The notes under the pieces are model-generated. The model was given only the letters and a program-made list of their open reading frames with translations, searched no databases and was not told where the DNA came from. 24,106 nucleotides of DNA from the NCBI GenBank assembly GCA_010093995.1, contig ML992502.1, positions 2,083,925 through 2,108,030 on the forward strand. Reading direction: 5' to 3'. This document shows, one piece after another, positions 20,801 through 24,106 of this stretch. The DNA is from Elsinoe ampelina. Lineage: Eukaryota. How positions within the stretch are numbered: the first letter of the stretch is position 1; each line of letters starts with the position of its first letter. The position numbers and the translations under genes were made by a program.

Positions 20801-21283
20801 TATTCTAGTAGAAAGCGTTAGCAGATTTACTAGCTAGATTATATTTGTACTTCTAGTATAATTTGTATATTTTGCTTACTACCTCCCCTTACGTAATAAA
20901 GTAGCGTAATAAAGTTAGGCCTAAAAATTTGTAAGGTATAGTAACGCGCTAAGCTATAGAGTAAGNNNNNNNNNNATAAGGCTACTAATACTAATAATTT
21001 GCTTAAATTGTTATTAAGGACTAATATAAATTAACTAGACAATATTACTATAGTACTAAGCTATAGTAATAATAACTACTCTAAATTAGAGAGAGAAAGA
21101 GTATAGGGAAGTTAATAGTATTCTAGTAGAAAGCGTTAGCAGATTTACTAGCTAGATTATATTTGTACTTCTAGTATAATTTGTATATTTTGCTTACTAC
21201 CTCCCCTTACGTAATAAAGTAGCGTAATAAAGTTAGGCCTAAAAATTTGTAAGGTATAGTAACGCGCTAAGCTATAGAGTAAG
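20658..21283. other. Assembly gap (10 N at 20966-20975) flanked by an identical 308-bp direct duplication (20658-20965 = 20976-21283)
   Basis: The two copies read identically and meet exactly at the N run, as expected for unmerged overlapping contig ends. Confidence 0.85.
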
Positions 21284-21464
21284 TGCTTTAACTACTAACC
21301 TATTAGGTACTATTAGGCAGGTACTAGGTTAGGTACCCCCCCCCCTAAGGGCGACACTACAACTATATACTAACCCTACCTACCTTAGTATAGTACCTAA
21401 CCTAGAGCAACCTCTCTCTACTAAGCTTTTATACCTAACCCCTACCTAATATAGTGCTATATCT

Positions 21465-21481
21465 ACCTAAAAACCACTCTA
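21465..21481 (-). repeat. Right terminal inverted repeat of the hAT element
   Basis: Reverse complement is TAGAGTGGTTTTTAGGT, followed by the TSD GATACTAG. Confidence 0.9.
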
Positions 21482-21489
21482 GATACTAG

Positions 21490-24106
21490 TAAAGGCACTA
21501 AGGTAATCTATAAGGTTAGGAATAAGACCTAGTATAAGAATAATAGAATTACTTATAGTATTATTATAATAAGGATTTATAAATCTATTAGACCTTACTA
21601 TAGTATAACTTAGAAGACTTTAAAGGAACTTCTAGACACTATTAAAGCCACATTTAAACCTATTATTTTATATAAGCTATATATAGCTATCTATAACCTT
21701 AACAAGGTAATTATAACAAGTTATAACACCTAAAGGTACTATAAAGATTTTATAAAGTACTATTATTAATACACTATTACTATAGAGCAAAGAGCAAGCA
21801 CTATTAGTACTAAACTAGATAAGTTTAGGCTCCCTCTATACTATATTAAGACTATATTTATTATAGGAATAGAGACTACTAAATAGTTAAGGAGCTAGAG
21901 ATCTAGCCTTAACTATAAGAAGAGTCTTAAAGAAATAATAAGCTCTCTTAGAATATAGAAGCCCCTATATAATAGAAGAACTAATCTAAACCCTATTTAT
22001 AGAGTAGCTAGTTATATTAAGAATTAATACACTTAGTATACTTATTATATCTACTCTAATATAGATTACTTTAAGTAGTACTCTAAGAAAGCACTAAAGA
22101 GTTAAAGTAAAAGAGATAACAAAGACAAGTTAAATAATAAAGGTATAAAGGCTAAAGGTAAAGGTAACAAGTTAAAGACTAAGAAAGTTAGAGGTTAAGT
22201 AGCTATTAAAGAATCTAGAGAACCTACTAAGGTAGGTAAATTAGATAAATACTCTAACACTAATATTAATATTATTATACTAGTCTATAGAGTAGTAGTA
22301 GTATCTACATTATTATCCTTAACCTATAGTAAGAATAGAGCAATCTATAACTCTAGTATATTAAGGTACTTTATTAAAGACAAGTTATAGTTCTTAATAA
22401 TTAAGGTATATAAAGGTATTCTTAAGTTTAAATAAGCTATTAGTATAAAGAAGCTACTTAATATAGAAGTTAGTATAGTTAGGCTTACTCTAACTAATAG
22501 TAAAGGCAAGAAGTTAATTATTAAGCTTTATAATTATATATACTTACTATTATTACTAAACACCCTTATATCTAATCTTTAGAACAAAGAGGAACTTAGT
22601 ATCTCTATAGCTAGCAAATCCTTAATAAAGGATAGAAAGGAAGTTAGCCTTATTAAACACTTTAAAAGAGTTAAATAGCTTAAGAACTTTAAAGTCTATA
22701 AGCCTTAGAACTATAAGGAATTACCTATAAGGCTAAAACTATAGAAGCTATAGGCTATAAGAGCAAATCTAGCTATTATAACTACTTAAAAGCTAACATT
22801 AGAAAGATAGTACTAGAGGTTAGGCTATATTAGTAATACTATTCTCTCCCTTACTAAAAGTTAAGCTATTAGATTAGAAGAACTTTAAATATTAGATCTT
22901 AGCTACTATAAACTATATACTATATTAAAGGCATAGAGAGTAGTATTAAGAGAACTAAGAGATATACTAAAGTACTTACTAGATAAGCTCTATCTAGACC
23001 TTGTTAGTCCTATTAAACTATAGTTAAGTAAGGGCTATAAATACCTTCTCTTTATAACATATAGTAAAAGCAAGTACAAGTTTATTACTATTCTCTTTCT
23101 TAAGAGTAATACACTAGTAGTAATTAAACTTATCTATACAAGGAATAAAATAGCCTATAATAAGCTTTTATTTATCTTTATCTCTAATAGAGGAGGTAAA
23201 TTTAAGAACTATAAACTAGTAATAGCTATTTATCTTAAAGGGTAGAGATAGAATATCTCTATACCTAATACTTAATACTAAGATAGTAAATCTAAGGCTA
23301 CTAATAAAGTAGTTATTCTTAGGATAAGGTATATCTTTGTTAATTATAGAGCACCCCTTAAACTCTAGTATATAGTTATAGAGTTTATAATCTATATTAG
23401 TAATAGAATTACCTATACTAAAACTAAGAAGATTCCTATATAAGAGCTAAGAAAGGATCTTCTTAATAATAATAGGCTAGTCTTATTAACTTACATTAGA
23501 CGCTTTAGCTATAGAGCCTATATCTATAACTAACATGTTTCTAAATTATATAAATTCTAAGCTAGAGCACTACTTAGTTAGTATATTAGTATATAAAATA
23601 ACTTAACGACTAATTACCTTATCTAGATACTCTATTAGTATTATACTTAGTAAGCCTAGAAGGAAAAGATTATTATATTACTCTATGTAATATTTAATAA
23701 GAATATAATCTATAAAGACTAGGTAATATAAGTTATTAAATAGCTATATATCTTATAGGTATAATAACCTAAGGCTTTATAGCTTTAGGGGGAGTAGACA
23801 TTTAGTAGTAATTATAATTAAGGCTATAGCTATAATTAACTACCCTTTAGTTATAAGAATCTATAAACTACTTAGGCTAAACAACCTTAAGTTAAATAAC
23901 TAACATCTAACTACCCTTTAATCCCTAGATATAAATAACAATTATCTACCCCTATTAAAGAATAGAAGGAGTAATACTAACATCCTAAACTAGATCCTTA
24001 ACCTGTTAATAAACAGGGGGAGTAACTTAATATTACTAATTATAAAGGTAAAGACCTTATAACACTACTACCTAAAGTTATTAGTAAACTATATTTAACC
24101 TTTAAT
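21490..24106 (+). pseudogene. Copia gag-pol (gag C-terminal part, protease, GAG-pre-integrase, integrase), RIP-mutated
   Basis: Motifs as listed for the element. The stops at motif positions are TAA/TAG, replacing CAA/CAG/TGG/CGA codons. Confidence 0.85.

Larger units (their letters stand above)
14202..21481 (+). mobile_element. Complete RIP-inactivated hAT-superfamily DNA transposon with cargo genes (~6.96 kb after removing the gap duplication)
   Basis: Left TIR TAGAGTAGTTTTTAGGT (14202-14218) matches the reverse complement of the right TIR ACCTAAAAACCACTCTA (21465-21481) at 16/17. Perfect 8-bp TSD GATACTAG at 14194-14201 and 21482-21489. An internal hAT transposase is present. Confidence 0.93.
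13657..24106 (+). mobile_element. RIP-inactivated Ty1/Copia LTR retrotransposon, split by a nested hAT element and extending beyond the window
   Basis: De-RIP reading gives gag ILEGESNYDTW (~14056-14090), with the gag frame continuing at 21490 after the hAT. Also a protease AIYDSG-like site (~22340), pre-integrase ERWHQRLGHI (~22802) plus CxxC, and integrase core LHLDLVGPI (~22988), SDRGGEF (~23183) and QDGKSE (~23279). Integrase preceding RT is the Copia order. Confidence 0.9.
13790..24106. other. AT-rich RIP (repeat-induced point mutation) isochore
   Basis: Abrupt drop in GC, strong excess of TpA, near absence of CpA/TpG, and all long ORFs broken by TAA/TAG. Confidence 0.95.

Noticed and set aside
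20658..21283. 308-bp direct repeat that could be read as an LTR pair or a tandem duplication
   Set aside because: The copies are identical despite heavy RIP and abut a 10-N gap, so this is most likely an unmerged contig overlap.

Overview
Filamentous ascomycete (Pezizomycotina) genomic DNA with two compartments. Bases 1-13.6 kb are a compact, GC-balanced block of eight genes with short GT-AG introns: a partial hypothetical gene, a pyridoxamine-5'-phosphate-oxidase-like FMN-binding protein, a hypothetical protein, the complex I NDUFS4 subunit head-to-head with ATP synthase subunit f (ATP17), a ~1330 aa low-complexity protein, kinetochore NUF2, and a conserved hypothetical protein. From ~13.66 kb to the end is an AT-rich block destroyed by RIP (TpA-rich, CpA/TpG-depleted). 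It holds a Ty1/Copia retrotransposon (142-bp 5' LTR, PBS, gag, protease, integrase) whose gag is interrupted by a complete ~7 kb hAT DNA transposon (17-bp TIRs, 8-bp TSD GATACTAG). Mentally reversing RIP shows that the hAT carries three intron-containing cargo genes besides its transposase. These are a divergent histone H3-like gene with CenH3-like features, a head-to-head gene for a ~410 aa very acidic protein (candidate histone chaperone), and a third unknown gene. A 10-N gap flanked by an identical 308-bp duplication is probably an assembly artefact. All gene models and de-RIP translations were made by hand.
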